A stretch of DNA of 64,000 nucleotides, from NCBI GenBank assembly GCA_036229005.1, contig JAZAMN010000071.1:128001-192000 (forward strand), written 5' to 3'. The notes beneath the pieces are model-generated. The model was given only the letters and a program-made list of their open reading frames with translations. It was not told the origin of the DNA and did not search any database. Below are positions 48,084 through 58,415 of the stretch, piece by piece. The stretch's first letter is position 1. Every line of letters begins with the position of its first letter. A program made the position numbers and the translations under genes. Source of the stretch: Myxococcota bacterium. GTDB taxonomy: Bacteria; Myxococcota_A; UBA796; CAJQPC01.

Positions 48084-50665
48084 TGACCCTGCTCCTGACC
48101 CTGCTGGCCTGCGCCTACATCACCGAAGACGAGAAGGCCGCCCGCCGCGACCAGGACGGCGACGGACACGCCTCCGTGCGCTTCGGCGGCGCCGACTGCG
48201 ATGACAGCGACCCCGACATCCACCCGGACGCGACCGAGCTCTGCGACGGCGTGGACAACGACTGCAGCGGCAGCGTGGACGACGTCGCCGCGCCCGAGGG
48301 CCTGGACGCCTGGGACGACCTGGACGGCGACGGCTACGGCGACCCGGAGAGCCTCGCGCGGGTGTGCACCCTGGGGGAGGCCCAGGTGGAGGACGCCTCC
48401 GACTGCGACGACAGCGACCCGGCGGTGAACCCGGCGGCCACGGAGCAGTGCAACGACATCGACGACGACTGCGACGGCCTGGTCGACGACGAGGACGACT
48501 CCTTCACCGAGGACACCTTCTACCTGGACAGCGACAGCGACGGCTACGGCGACGCCAGCCAGACGCTGGTGCAGGCGAGCTGCGAGACCCCGGAGGGCTA
48601 CACGACCCAGGACGGCGACTGCGACGACAGCGACCCCGCCGTGAACCCCGCGGGCGACGAGGTCTGCAACGGCCGCGACGACGACTGCGACGGACTGATC
48701 GACGCCGAGGACCCCGACACCCCCCTGAGTGACTGGTACGCCGACCTGGACCGGGACGGCTACGGCGACAGCGAGAGCGTGCTCCAGAGCTGCGCGGCGC
48801 CGGCGGGCTACATCGGGGACAGCAGCGACTGCGACGACAGCGACAGGACCATCTACCCCGGCGCCGCCGAGTACTGCGACGGCGTGGACAGCGACTGCGA
48901 CGACCGGGTGGACGAGAGCGCCCTGGACCAGAGCATCTGGTACCTGGATGGCGACACCGACGGCTACGGCACCGACGCCACGGTGACCACCGGCTGCGAG
49001 GCCCCCAGCGGCTACGTCGGCAACGACGACGACTGCGACGACAGCGAGGCCAGCACCTACCCCGGCGCGCCCGAGGAGTGCGGCGTGGGCGTGGACAGCA
49101 ACTGCGACGGCAGCGTGGACGCCGACGGGGACGGCGACGGCTACCTGGCCTGCGAGGACTGCGACGACAGCGACCCCAGCGTGAACCCCGGCGCGAGCGA
49201 GGTCTGCAACGGCCAGGACGACGACTGCGACGGCCTGGTGGACGACGACGACAGCAGCATCGACAGCAGCACCCAGACCACCTTCTACGCCGACAACGAC
49301 GGCGACAGCTACGGCGACAGCGGCAGCAGCCTCCAGCGCTGCGAGACCCCCTCGGGCTACGTCCAGGACAGCAGCGACTGCGACGACAGCAGCGACCACG
49401 TGCACCCCGACATGCTGGAGTCCTGCGCCACCAGCGCCGACGACGACTGCGACGGCAGCACCAGCGACTGCGCCCACGGCAAGGGCCTGGCCGACTGGTC
49501 CTGGAGCGGGGTGCGTGGCAGCGACGAGGCCGGCGCAGCGCTGCTCTCAGCCGACCTGGACAGCGACGGCTGGGACGACCTGGTCGTGGGCAGCCCGGGC
49601 GGGGACTCCGTGTTCCTGATCTACGGCCCCAACACCACCAGCCTGGGCAGCGCGGACGAATGGACCGCGGTCTCGAACGGGGACGGACCCGGGGTCAGCC
49701 TGGCATCGGGGGACACCAACGGAGACGGCAAGGTGGACCTGCTGATCGGCAGCGAGTCCGCCGGCGAGGTCTACGTGTTGCTGGGGCCCCCGGGCGCGGG
49801 CAGCCTGTCCTCGTCTGACGCCACGGTGTCGGGCAGTGGTGGCTTTGGCGCAGAGGTCGCGTGGGTGGACCTGCAAGCCGACGGCTACGACGATCTGCTC
49901 ACCTCCTCCCCCCATAGCGGCGAGGGGGTGGTGTCCCTGTTCGCGGGGCCGGTCACCAGCTCCACGAGCAGCCCGGACGCCAAGATCTCCGGCTACAACG
50001 CCACCCTGGCCGGCCAGACCCTGCGCGGCGCGGTCCTGGGCCTGGACAGCGACGGCGACGGACAGGACGAGGTCGTCGTTGCCTCCCTGGACTGGGGCAC
50101 CCTGACCAGCGAGGAGCAGGCCCTGCACTTCGACCCCTTCACGGGCAGCCTGAGCGCGGACGACGCAGACAACGTCCTGAGCAACGCCGACGACACGGTC
50201 GAGGCCCTGGCGAGCGGGGACCTGGACGGAGACGGCTACGCGGACCTGGTGCTGGGCATGCCCGACGCCAGCTCCGGGCGCGGCGAGGTGGCCGTGATCC
50301 TGGGCCCGATCTCCGACACGAACCTGGGCAGCGCGGACGCGAGCCTGACCGGACCCAGCGGAGACGGCGCGGGCGAGGCCCTGCTGGTGATCCCCGACCT
50401 GGACGGAGACGGCGCTGACGAGCTGCTGATCGGCGCGCCGGACGGCTCAGAGGCCTGGCTCTACTCCGGGGCGGGGCTCTCGGGCTCCTTCTCCCGCAGC
50501 GACTCGGACCTGCGCTTCTCCGCCAGCAGCGGGGAGGCCCTGGGCGCGGGGATGGCGGCAGGCGACTTTGACGGAGACGGTGCCTTTGACCTGTTCTTTG
50601 GGGCACCCGATGCCAGCAGCGCGGCCGGCCTGATCGTGGGCTATCAGGGTGCGCGCATTCCCTGA
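48083..50665 (+). CDS. Lipoprotein with 7 MopE-related (DCDD...C...DCDG) repeats and FG-GAP/integrin-alpha propeller
   Basis: Seven DCDDS..P...E.C...D.xC repeats; D-x-D-G-D-G-x-x-D-L-x-x-G-x-P blades. Confidence 0.9.
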   Translation: MTLLLTLLACAYITEDEKAARRDQDGDGHASVRFGGADCDDSDPDIHPDATELCDGVDNDCSGSVDDVAAPEGLDAWDDLDGDGYGDPESLARVCTLGEAQVEDASDCDDSDPAVNPAATEQCNDIDDDCDGLVDDEDDSFTEDTFYLDSDSDGYGDASQTLVQASCETPEGYTTQDGDCDDSDPAVNPAGDEVCNGRDDDCDGLIDAEDPDTPLSDWYADLDRDGYGDSESVLQSCAAPAGYIGDSSDCDDSDRTIYPGAAEYCDGVDSDCDDRVDESALDQSIWYLDGDTDGYGTDATVTTGCEAPSGYVGNDDDCDDSEASTYPGAPEECGVGVDSNCDGSVDADGDGDGYLACEDCDDSDPSVNPGASEVCNGQDDDCDGLVDDDDSSIDSSTQTTFYADNDGDSYGDSGSSLQRCETPSGYVQDSSDCDDSSDHVHPDMLESCATSADDDCDGSTSDCAHGKGLADWSWSGVRGSDEAGAALLSADLDSDGWDDLVVGSPGGDSVFLIYGPNTTSLGSADEWTAVSNGDGPGVSLASGDTNGDGKVDLLIGSESAGEVYVLLGPPGAGSLSSSDATVSGSGGFGAEVAWVDLQADGYDDLLTSSPHSGEGVVSLFAGPVTSSTSSPDAKISGYNATLAGQTLRGAVLGLDSDGDGQDEVVVASLDWGTLTSEEQALHFDPFTGSLSADDADNVLSNADDTVEALASGDLDGDGYADLVLGMPDASSGRGEVAVILGPISDTNLGSADASLTGPSGDGAGEALLVIPDLDGDGADELLIGAPDGSEAWLYSGAGLSGSFSRSDSDLRFSASSGEALGAGMAAGDFDGDGAFDLFFGAPDASSAAGLIVGYQGARIP

Positions 50666-50711
50666 GCAATCCCTGGGGTTCAACCGGCTATGTTGAGTCT
50701 CCGGAGGACAC

Positions 50712-51227
50712 ATGTTCATCATGCTGGCGCTCGGCTGCGCCAAGATCAGCACCATCCAGGTCGAAGAGACCGCCCAGGTCACCATCGAGAAGGGCACCCT
50801 GCTGGAGGACTTCATCGGCGACATGGGCTTTGATGAATTCGTCACCATGGACCTCACCGAGTCCTCGGAGCTGGCCAACCAGGGCGTAGAGCCCGGCGAC
50901 GTGCAGGAGGTCACCCTGACCTCGTTCAGCCTGACCGCCCTGGAGCCTGAAGACGCCGACCTGTCCTTCATCGACTCCATGGATGTCACGGTCGAGGGCC
51001 CCGACCTGCCCCTGGAGATCATGGCCACCGCAGACGACTTCCCCGAAGGCCAGGCCAGCGTCGAGTTCGAGCTGACCCAGGTGGACATCACCGACTACGT
51101 CACCAGCGAGCGCATGAGCATCGGCACCGATGTCTCGGCCCACCGCCCCGAGCAGGACACCCTGGTCGAAGCGGCCTTCACGGTCTCCGTCCGGGTCACC
51201 GCCCAGGGCGTCCGCAACAACCTCTGA
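50712..51227 (+). CDS. Hypothetical acidic lipoprotein
   Basis: GGAGG RBS; MFIMLALG-C leader. Confidence 0.75.
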   Translation: MFIMLALGCAKISTIQVEETAQVTIEKGTLLEDFIGDMGFDEFVTMDLTESSELANQGVEPGDVQEVTLTSFSLTALEPEDADLSFIDSMDVTVEGPDLPLEIMATADDFPEGQASVEFELTQVDITDYVTSERMSIGTDVSAHRPEQDTLVEAAFTVSVRVTAQGVRNNL

Positions 51228-51244
51228 TAGACCCCGGGGGAGCC

Positions 51245-52210
51245 ATGCTCTTCGCCCTGACCCTGCTCGCCTGCGAGAAGGACGCCGTCGACGACACCGC
51301 CATCGGCGCGGACTGGGACGTCGAGCTCGAGATGGACAGCCGCGGCATGTTCATGTCGGTGTGGGGCGCCGCCTCCGACGACGTGTGGATCGTGGGTGGC
51401 CAGGAGGACCAGGGCCTGCTGCTTCGCGGCGCGCCCGGAGCCTGGGAGAGCGTGGCCCTGCCCGACGACACCCCCATGTTGACCTGGGTCAGCGGCCAGG
51501 CGGCGGACGATGTCTGGGTCGCCGGCCTGGGGGGCACCCTGCTGCACTGGGACGGCGCCAGCTTCACCGACCACAGCCAGCCCATCGAGGGCGCGTTCTG
51601 GGGCGTTCACCCCCTGGGCGACCAGGTCCTGGCCGTAGGCGGACAGTTCCGGCAGATCGGGGACGGCCCGGTCATGTACCGAATGGCTGAGGGGCAGTGG
51701 GAGGCTCTGGATCTACCCTCTGAGCTCAGCAGCATCGAGAGCCTCTTCAAGGTCTGGCGCGACGGCGAGGACTTCGTCAGCGTGGGCGCCGACGGCGTGT
51801 CCCTGCGCGTGACCCCGGACGGCCAGGTCACCGGCCTGCCCAGCGGCTCGAACAAGGACATGGTGACCGTCCACAGCCAGAACGGCGACACCCTTGTCGC
51901 GGTCGGCGGCCGCAGCTACGGCGCCGTCTGGGAGCTGGACGGGGACACCTGGAGCCAGACCGCGGAGACCAACGCCGGGCTCTCGGGCCTGTGGGACGTG
52001 GGCGATGGGCGCATCGTCTGCGTGGGCGAGCGCGGGATCGCCGGCATCTACGACCGGGAGTCCCAGAGCTTCACCGAGAACCACCCCTTCACCTCCCAGC
52101 TCCTGCACGCGGTCTGGGTGGACGACCAAGGCACCGTGATCGCGGTTGGAGGGGACTTTGTGAGCGATGAATTCACGGGTACCCTCGTGACATCCGATCG
52201 CCTGCTCTAG
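51245..52210 (+). CDS. Lipoprotein beta-propeller (VWG-x-x-x-DDVW repeats)
   Basis: LLA-C lipobox; repeated SVWG/VSG..DDVW.VG blades. Confidence 0.8.
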   Translation: MLFALTLLACEKDAVDDTAIGADWDVELEMDSRGMFMSVWGAASDDVWIVGGQEDQGLLLRGAPGAWESVALPDDTPMLTWVSGQAADDVWVAGLGGTLLHWDGASFTDHSQPIEGAFWGVHPLGDQVLAVGGQFRQIGDGPVMYRMAEGQWEALDLPSELSSIESLFKVWRDGEDFVSVGADGVSLRVTPDGQVTGLPSGSNKDMVTVHSQNGDTLVAVGGRSYGAVWELDGDTWSQTAETNAGLSGLWDVGDGRIVCVGERGIAGIYDRESQSFTENHPFTSQLLHAVWVDDQGTVIAVGGDFVSDEFTGTLVTSDRLL

Positions 52211-52219
52211 AGACTGCCC

Positions 52220-54523
52220 ATGACCTTCACGACCCTGCTCGTCCTCCTGGCCTGTCCCGGTCCCGAAGCGGAGCCCCAGCAGTGGGCCGACGTGTTCGTC
52301 GACGAGCCGGGTGATCCCGTCCCCTGGCTCGAGGGCGAGATGCTGGAGCGCTTCTGGGCGGGCAAGGAGGTCCTGGAGAGGCCCTTCACCCCGACCACCG
52401 GCCTGGGCCCCACCTTCAACACGGACTCCTGCGCCGGCTGCCACCAGTTCCCCACCGCCGGCGGCTCCGCGCCCCGCTACCGTGACTTCCACCTGGTGCA
52501 GACCGTCCGGGAGTTCGACGGGGCCAAGATCGACGCCGGCACCAACGGCTCCTCGCCGGTGCTGAACATCTACGCGACCCACGAGCTGGGCGGCTGCGTG
52601 CCCCCCGACCCCACCATCGCGCACTACTCCCGCCGCAGCGCCCCCAACGCGATCGGCATGGGCCTGCTGCACTTCGTGGCGGACGAGACCATCCTGGCCA
52701 ACGCCGACCCCGACGACACCGACGGCGACGGCATCAGCGGCAAGCCCAACTACGAGCAGGGGCGGGTGGGCCGCTTTGGCTACAAGTCCCAGGCCGCCGG
52801 CCTGGAGTCCTTCAACCGGGGCGCGGCCTTCAACCAGATGGGCGTGACCACCGACCCGCTGCACTACACCTTCCCGGAGTCCCCGCCCGACCCCCTGGCG
52901 GTCGAGGCCCAGGCCTCCCTGCTGCAGAAGCTGCTGCTGCCCGTGGCCTACGCCCAGGTCGCCGCCCCCGACGAGCCCACCGTCGACACGGACGCCGCGC
53001 CCGATCCCGAGATGTCCAACGACGACCAGCTCAACCTGCTGATCTACTCGACCTACATGGGCGTCCCGCGCTTCGCCGCCCGCGGCCCCGAGGCCCAGGC
53101 CGGCATGGCCCAGTTCGACGAGATGGGCTGCTCGGATTGCCATCTGCCCGCCCTGGAGAGCACCGTCGGACTGCTGCCGGTCTACAGCGATCTGCTGCTG
53201 CACGACATGGGCCCCGAGCTGGCGGACAGCATCGGCCCCGGCGCCGCCACCGGCGCCGAGTGGCGCACCCAGCCCCTGTGGAACGTCTCCCTGCACGGCC
53301 CCTTCCTGCACGACGGGCGGGCAGACACCCTGGAAGACGCCATCGCGCTGCACGGCGGCGAAGCCGAGGCCTCCCGCGACGCCTGGCTGGCCCTCAGCGA
53401 GGCCGAGCAGGCCGAGGTCGTGGCCTTCCTGCGCAGCCTGGGCGGCTGGGACCCCCAGGGTCACATCAAGCTCCGGGACACCCAGGACCTGCCCGAGACC
53501 GGCAGCGCCGGCGGCCCCGCGCGCGCGCTCAGCGACAGCGAACAGGCGCTCTGGCTGGCGGGTCGCTCCGCGTTCGAGGGCAGCTTCCAGGCCCCGGACG
53601 GTCTGGGCACGGACTTCAACGCCGATAGCTGCCGCGCCTGCCACCAGGACCCCGTGCTGGGCGGCGCGGGCGGCATCGACACCAGCGTCGTGCGCTACGG
53701 CTACTGGGACGACGAGACCGGCTTCCACGCCGGCGAGCGCAACGTGGTCATGCGCACCACCCTTCCCGGGAACGTCCCCCAGCTCATGCCCGACGACGCC
53801 AACGTCATCGAGCTGCGCCAGCCCCCCACCCTGCTGGGCATCGGCAGCATCGAGGCCATCCCCCAGTCCGCGATCGAGGCCAATGCAGACCCCGATGACC
53901 TCGACGGTGACGGGATCAGCGGCAAGTTGCGGGTGCTGGAGAGTGGGGCGGTGGGCCGCTATGGCTGGAAGGCCCAGATCCCCACCATCCCCGACTTTGT
54001 CGCCGACGCGATGCTCAACGAGCTGGGGGTCACCTCGGACCCCGCCATCTCCGAGTTCACGGCCGAAGACGACGACGAGATCGCTGACCCCGAGCTGCCC
54101 TCCGACCAGTTCGACGCGGTGTCCTTCTACCTGGTGAACCTCGCGCCCCCCGCGCGCAAGGAGAGCGCCGGCGAGCCCGATGTCGTGGCTGGCGAGTCCC
54201 TGTTCTCCCAGGTGGGCTGCGAGAGCTGTCACATGGTGCTGGCCGGGACCCCGCTGTACTCCGATCTGCTCCTCCACGACCTGGGCTACGCGCAGAGCAC
54301 GGTGGTCGATCAGGAGGGCGCGGCGGTGTTGCCCTGGGAGTTCAAGACCGCACCGCTCTGGGGTGTCTCCGACACGGCCCCCTACCTGCACGATGGTCGG
54401 GCGAGCACGCTCAGCGAGGCCATCGGGGAGCACGGCGGCGAAGCGCAGGCCACCCAGGACCGCTTCAACGCTCTGAGTGCGCAGGAGCAGGCGCAGATCC
54501 TGGCCTTCCTCGAGAGCCTCTGA
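52220..54523 (+). CDS. Di-heme oxidoreductase (DHOR/DUF1111) family lipoprotein with two tandem DHOR units
   Basis: GLG..FN..SC..CH, DPDD.DGDGISG, GR[FY]G.K, YSDLLLHD.G, T.PLW and LHDGRA each occur twice; four CxxCH motifs. Confidence 0.88.
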   Translation: MTFTTLLVLLACPGPEAEPQQWADVFVDEPGDPVPWLEGEMLERFWAGKEVLERPFTPTTGLGPTFNTDSCAGCHQFPTAGGSAPRYRDFHLVQTVREFDGAKIDAGTNGSSPVLNIYATHELGGCVPPDPTIAHYSRRSAPNAIGMGLLHFVADETILANADPDDTDGDGISGKPNYEQGRVGRFGYKSQAAGLESFNRGAAFNQMGVTTDPLHYTFPESPPDPLAVEAQASLLQKLLLPVAYAQVAAPDEPTVDTDAAPDPEMSNDDQLNLLIYSTYMGVPRFAARGPEAQAGMAQFDEMGCSDCHLPALESTVGLLPVYSDLLLHDMGPELADSIGPGAATGAEWRTQPLWNVSLHGPFLHDGRADTLEDAIALHGGEAEASRDAWLALSEAEQAEVVAFLRSLGGWDPQGHIKLRDTQDLPETGSAGGPARALSDSEQALWLAGRSAFEGSFQAPDGLGTDFNADSCRACHQDPVLGGAGGIDTSVVRYGYWDDETGFHAGERNVVMRTTLPGNVPQLMPDDANVIELRQPPTLLGIGSIEAIPQSAIEANADPDDLDGDGISGKLRVLESGAVGRYGWKAQIPTIPDFVADAMLNELGVTSDPAISEFTAEDDDEIADPELPSDQFDAVSFYLVNLAPPARKESAGEPDVVAGESLFSQVGCESCHMVLAGTPLYSDLLLHDLGYAQSTVVDQEGAAVLPWEFKTAPLWGVSDTAPYLHDGRASTLSEAIGEHGGEAQATQDRFNALSAQEQAQILAFLESL

Positions 54524-54565
54524 GGCGCCACCGATGCCCTGCCCCGGTGACCCCGGGGTGGGCGG

Positions 54566-56104
54566 CTACTCTTCCTCTCCGGCGATGGCCCGGCCGACGA
54601 TCGCAGCGAGCGCCTTGGCGTTGTAGGGCTTCTGCAGGAAGCGGGTCTGGGCGTCCCGGCGCAGGTCGCTGATGGCGTCCTGCTCGTTGAAGCCGCTGCT
54701 GAGGATGACCTGCAGCTCCTTGTCCAGCGAGCGCAGCAGGCCCAGGGCCTCCTGGCCGCCCATGCGGGGCATGGTCAGGTCCATCAGCACGACGTCGATG
54801 TTGGCGGTGGCCTTGAAGACCTCGACCGCCTCGTGGCCGTTGCTGGCTTCGATGACGTCGTAGCCGGCGTGCTTGAGCACGCGCTTGGCCAGCCCGCGCA
54901 CGATGTTGTCGTCGTCCACGATCAGCACGCGGCCCTTGGTGATGGGCTCGTCCTTTCGCGGCTCGCCGGCATCCAGCGCGGGGAGCAGCACCCGGAAGGT
55001 GGTGCCGAGCCCAGGCTCGCTGTACACCGCGATGGCGCCCTGGTGGCCCTTGACGATGCCCTGCACCGCCGAGAGGCCCAGGCCGTGCCCGTTGCTCTTG
55101 GTGGTGAAGAAGGGCTCGAAGATCTGGGCGACCACCTTGGTGTTCATGCCCGAGCCGTTGTCCGAGACCTCGATGAACACATAGCGCCCGGCGGACAGGT
55201 CCCCGGCGCCCATCTGGTCCAGGTAGGACGCGTCGACCACGACCTCCCCGCACTGGACGCGGACCAGCCCCTCTTCCTTGTCGATGGCCTGGATGGCGTT
55301 GGTGACCAGGTTGGAGAACACCTGCTGGAGCTGGGCGGCGTCGGCCTGCACCAAGGCCATGCCCTCTGGGAGCTTGTACTGCACCCGGACGTGGGAGGGG
55401 ACCTGGGAGCGCAGCAGCAGCCGGGTCTCCGAGAGCAGATCGGCGACGTCCAGCGGGCGCACCACGAAGCGTCCCTTTCCGGAGTAGGCCAGCATCTGCC
55501 GGGCCAGGTCGGAGGCGCGCTCGGCGGCGAGCTGCAGGTCGTCCAGGCACTCCATGGCGGGGTGGTCATTCTCGATGAGCTGGGCCGCGAAGGAGGCGTT
55601 GCCCAGGATGCCCACCAGCAGGTTGTTGAAGTCGTGGGCGATGCCCCCGGCCATCAGGCCCAGGCTGCGCAGGCGCTGACTCTCCATGGCCTGGGCCATC
55701 TGCTTCTCCCGCACCTGGTGCTGGGAGACGCGCACGCTGATGTCGGAGATGCTGGCCAGGACGTAGGTCTGCTCCCCCTCGGTGAAGGGGTTGAGCCCGA
55801 TCTCCACCGGGAAGCGGCTGCCGTCCCGTCGCACAGCGTGCAGATCCCGGCCCACCCCCATCGCCCGGCGCGAGGGGGCCTTGTGGAAGCCCTCCCGCAG
55901 CCCGACGTGCCGCTGCGCCATCTCTTTGGGGAGCAGATCTTCTACCCGAAGGCCCAGCAGCTCGCCGCCAAAGAGCTCGGCGGCCGCAGAGTTCTCAGCC
56001 ACGATGCAGCCACTCCGGTCAATCAGGAGCATCCCCAAGGGGCTCGCATCGAGCGCCAGTCGAAAGCCGGCGCTCTCCCAGAAGTGGGTCTCGTTGCCCG
56101 ACAT
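54566..56104 (-). CDS. Hybrid PAS - histidine kinase - receiver protein
   Basis: PAS with RRDGSRFPVEIGL; AHDFNNLL; FFTTK..GHGLGL; C-terminal REC domain. Confidence 0.93.
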   Translation of the reverse strand: MSGNETHFWESAGFRLALDASPLGMLLIDRSGCIVAENSAAAELFGGELLGLRVEDLLPKEMAQRHVGLREGFHKAPSRRAMGVGRDLHAVRRDGSRFPVEIGLNPFTEGEQTYVLASISDISVRVSQHQVREKQMAQAMESQRLRSLGLMAGGIAHDFNNLLVGILGNASFAAQLIENDHPAMECLDDLQLAAERASDLARQMLAYSGKGRFVVRPLDVADLLSETRLLLRSQVPSHVRVQYKLPEGMALVQADAAQLQQVFSNLVTNAIQAIDKEEGLVRVQCGEVVVDASYLDQMGAGDLSAGRYVFIEVSDNGSGMNTKVVAQIFEPFFTTKSNGHGLGLSAVQGIVKGHQGAIAVYSEPGLGTTFRVLLPALDAGEPRKDEPITKGRVLIVDDDNIVRGLAKRVLKHAGYDVIEASNGHEAVEVFKATANIDVVLMDLTMPRMGGQEALGLLRSLDKELQVILSSGFNEQDAISDLRRDAQTRFLQKPYNAKALAAIVGRAIAGEEE

Positions 56105-56189
56105 CTACCTTCCGCATGGTCGCCCAAGGCTATCCCAGAAGTCCGCTTTCATCGGGCTTCGCGACCGGAAAATCAGTCAATTGAAAGAT

Positions 56190-56837
56190 TCAGGCCGCTC
56201 GGACCGCGGCCATGAAGGCCGCCAGCTTCTCGGCGTCCAAAGCGTACTCTGGGCCAGATCGAACCCCGGTGCAGAGATCCAGGCCGTAAGGGCGCACGGT
56301 GCGGATGGCCTGCTGCACGTTGTGCGGCTTGAGCCCGCCGGCCAGCAGGACCGGGGTGTCCAGGGCCTGGACGATCTGCGCGGAGATGGACCAGTCGTGG
56401 GTGAGCCCAGTGCCCCCGAGCTGCCCGTTGGGCCCGCCCGTGTCCAGGACCAGGCAGTGCACGTGCTCCGCGAGCGCCCGGGCGGCCTCCAGGGACTCCG
56501 GTCCCGTGACGTGCACCGCCTTGAGGATGCGCACCCCGGGGAAGGCCCGGCGCAGGGCGGCCAGATCCTCCAGGGGGAAGCGGTCCACGATCTGCACGGT
56601 GTTGCAGCCGGTCAGCTCGAGCTGCCGGGCCACGGCCTCGGCGTCGGTCCGGGACGAGAGCAGGACGCTGTCCACCATGGGCGGGATGACCGCCGCGATC
56701 TCGGCGATGCGCTGCTCGGGGACGGGGCCCCAGCCAGTCGGCATCTCGGAGACCAGCCCCAGGGAGCGGGCGCCGTGGGAGATGGCCAGCCTGGCCTCGT
56801 CGATGGACTGGATGCAGCAGATCTTGACGGGCAGCAC
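56190..56837 (-). CDS. trpF: Phosphoribosylanthranilate isomerase
   Basis: VKICC, LDT..GGTG.THDW, LAGGL and GLDLCTGV motifs. Confidence 0.9.
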   Translation of the reverse strand: MLPVKICCIQSIDEARLAISHGARSLGLVSEMPTGWGPVPEQRIAEIAAVIPPMVDSVLLSSRTDAEAVARQLELTGCNTVQIVDRFPLEDLAALRRAFPGVRILKAVHVTGPESLEAARALAEHVHCLVLDTGGPNGQLGGTGLTHDWSISAQIVQALDTPVLLAGGLKPHNVQQAIRTVRPYGLDLCTGVRSGPEYALDAEKLAAFMAAVRAA

Positions 56838-56876
56838 GGGGGCTCCAAGGTGGGCCCCTGAGCTATCTGCAGACGA

Positions 56877-57764
56877 TCACCACCGCCAGAGCCGAACCCC
56901 GTCCGCGCAGCTCGCGAGCCAGGGCCCGGAGGGGGAGAAGGCGACCTGCTTGACCGCCTGCTGGTGCCCGGCGACCTTGCCGGGGCGGCCCCGGGTGACG
57001 CTGCCGTCCGAGAGGCGGGAGAAGGCGATCTCGCCGCTGCGGGTGCCCAGCGCGACCATCTCGCCCACCACGTGGACGTCGGCGGCGGTGAGGTCGTAGC
57101 TCATGACGGTCTGGGAGTCCTTGCCCTTCCAGACGGTGACGCCGCCCTCGGCCAGCCCCATGAGCAGGCCCTTTCCGCAGTAGCGCAGGCGGTGGGCGCT
57201 GGTGTGGGCGCGCGGCAGGGGCTTGCCGAAGGGCACCAGCTCCAGGCCCCCGGGGAGCACGCGGGCGTAGACCATGTGGCCGCGGGCGTCCTGCCCCAGC
57301 ACCACCTGATCGGGGAGCCGCAGGCGCTTTCGGCGGTCCAGCTCGGGCGTGGTGACCACCCCCAGGCGGCCGTCCAGGCTGCGGCCCAGGACCACCAGCC
57401 CGAGCTGATCGTGGGGGCGGGGGAACCAGAGCAGCTCGATCTCCGAGAGCAGGGGCAAGGGCATCTCGGCCAGGCGCTCGCCCTTGCGGGTCTCGTGGAT
57501 GGCGATGCCGATGCCGCGCTCCACCACCGCCAGCAGCTTTCCGTCCGGGGAGGCGCAGATGCGCGCGGGGTCCTGCACGGTCCCCTTGAGCTTGCGGGTT
57601 CCGTAGACCGGATCCACCTCGATCAGCGAGCCGTCCTGCGTGGCCACCAGTAGCTGCTCACGGCGCCCCAGCCAGCTCAGCGCGCGCGCCCCCTCCACCG
57701 GCGGCTGCAACACCGCCGTGATCGCGCCCCGCTCGTGGAGGAAGTGGGGGTTGGAGCCGTCCAT
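56877..57764 (-). CDS. WD40-like beta-propeller protein
   Basis: SPDG and GH...V..VAFSPSG..LAS...VRLW motifs. Confidence 0.75.
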   Translation of the reverse strand: MDGSNPHFLHERGAITAVLQPPVEGARALSWLGRREQLLVATQDGSLIEVDPVYGTRKLKGTVQDPARICASPDGKLLAVVERGIGIAIHETRKGERLAEMPLPLLSEIELLWFPRPHDQLGLVVLGRSLDGRLGVVTTPELDRRKRLRLPDQVVLGQDARGHMVYARVLPGGLELVPFGKPLPRAHTSAHRLRYCGKGLLMGLAEGGVTVWKGKDSQTVMSYDLTAADVHVVGEMVALGTRSGEIAFSRLSDGSVTRGRPGKVAGHQQAVKQVAFSPSGPWLASCADGVRLWRW

Positions 57765-57773
57765 GCCCCCAGT

Positions 57774-58385
57774 CTACACCGGCACGTGGGTGGAGGTGTC
57801 GGCCGGAGCGCTCTGCCCGCGCTGGAACTCCAGCAAGCCCTTGAGCACCAGGGCCTGGTACCAGGCGTCGTAGTCGGCGCGGTGCTTCTGCCCCATGTCC
57901 TCGGCGGGCAGGCCCAGGCGCTCGGCCAGGGTCTCCTTGCCGGTGTCCAGCCAGTGCAGATCCAGCACGCCCGCGGCCAGGGCCTTGGTGTCCAGGGCCT
58001 TGTAGCCAAAGGGGTTGTCCAGCTCCTCCGCCTTGTAGGCGTAGCTGACGAAGGACCAGTCAAAGGGCGCGTTGTGCCCCACGAACACGGCCTCGCTGCC
58101 GGGGGTGGCGTGCTCCTGCACCCAGTCCGTGAGCGCCAGCATCGCGTCCCGCCGCGTCATTCCGTCGCGCCGCAGGCGCTCCAGGTCCAGCCCGTTTACA
58201 GCCATCGCGCGGGCGTCGACCTTGGGCGCCTGGGGCTTCATCTCCAGGTAGAGCTGCGGGCCCAGTGCAAGGCTGCCACCCTCTCGCTCGTAGACCACCT
58301 GAGCACCGAGGCTGATCATGTCGAACAGACCAGGCACCGTCCCGGAGCACTCGATGTCGATACAGAACCACGTTGCGCGCGCCAT
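57774..58385 (-). CDS. DEDDh 3'-5' exonuclease
   Basis: IDIECSG, GHNAPFD and HRADYDA motifs. Confidence 0.9.
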   Translation of the reverse strand: MARATWFCIDIECSGTVPGLFDMISLGAQVVYEREGGSLALGPQLYLEMKPQAPKVDARAMAVNGLDLERLRRDGMTRRDAMLALTDWVQEHATPGSEAVFVGHNAPFDWSFVSYAYKAEELDNPFGYKALDTKALAAGVLDLHWLDTGKETLAERLGLPAEDMGQKHRADYDAWYQALVLKGLLEFQRGQSAPADTSTHVPV

Positions 58386-58415
58386 GACTCTCCCTCTCCC
58401 CCGGACCCCTGCACC

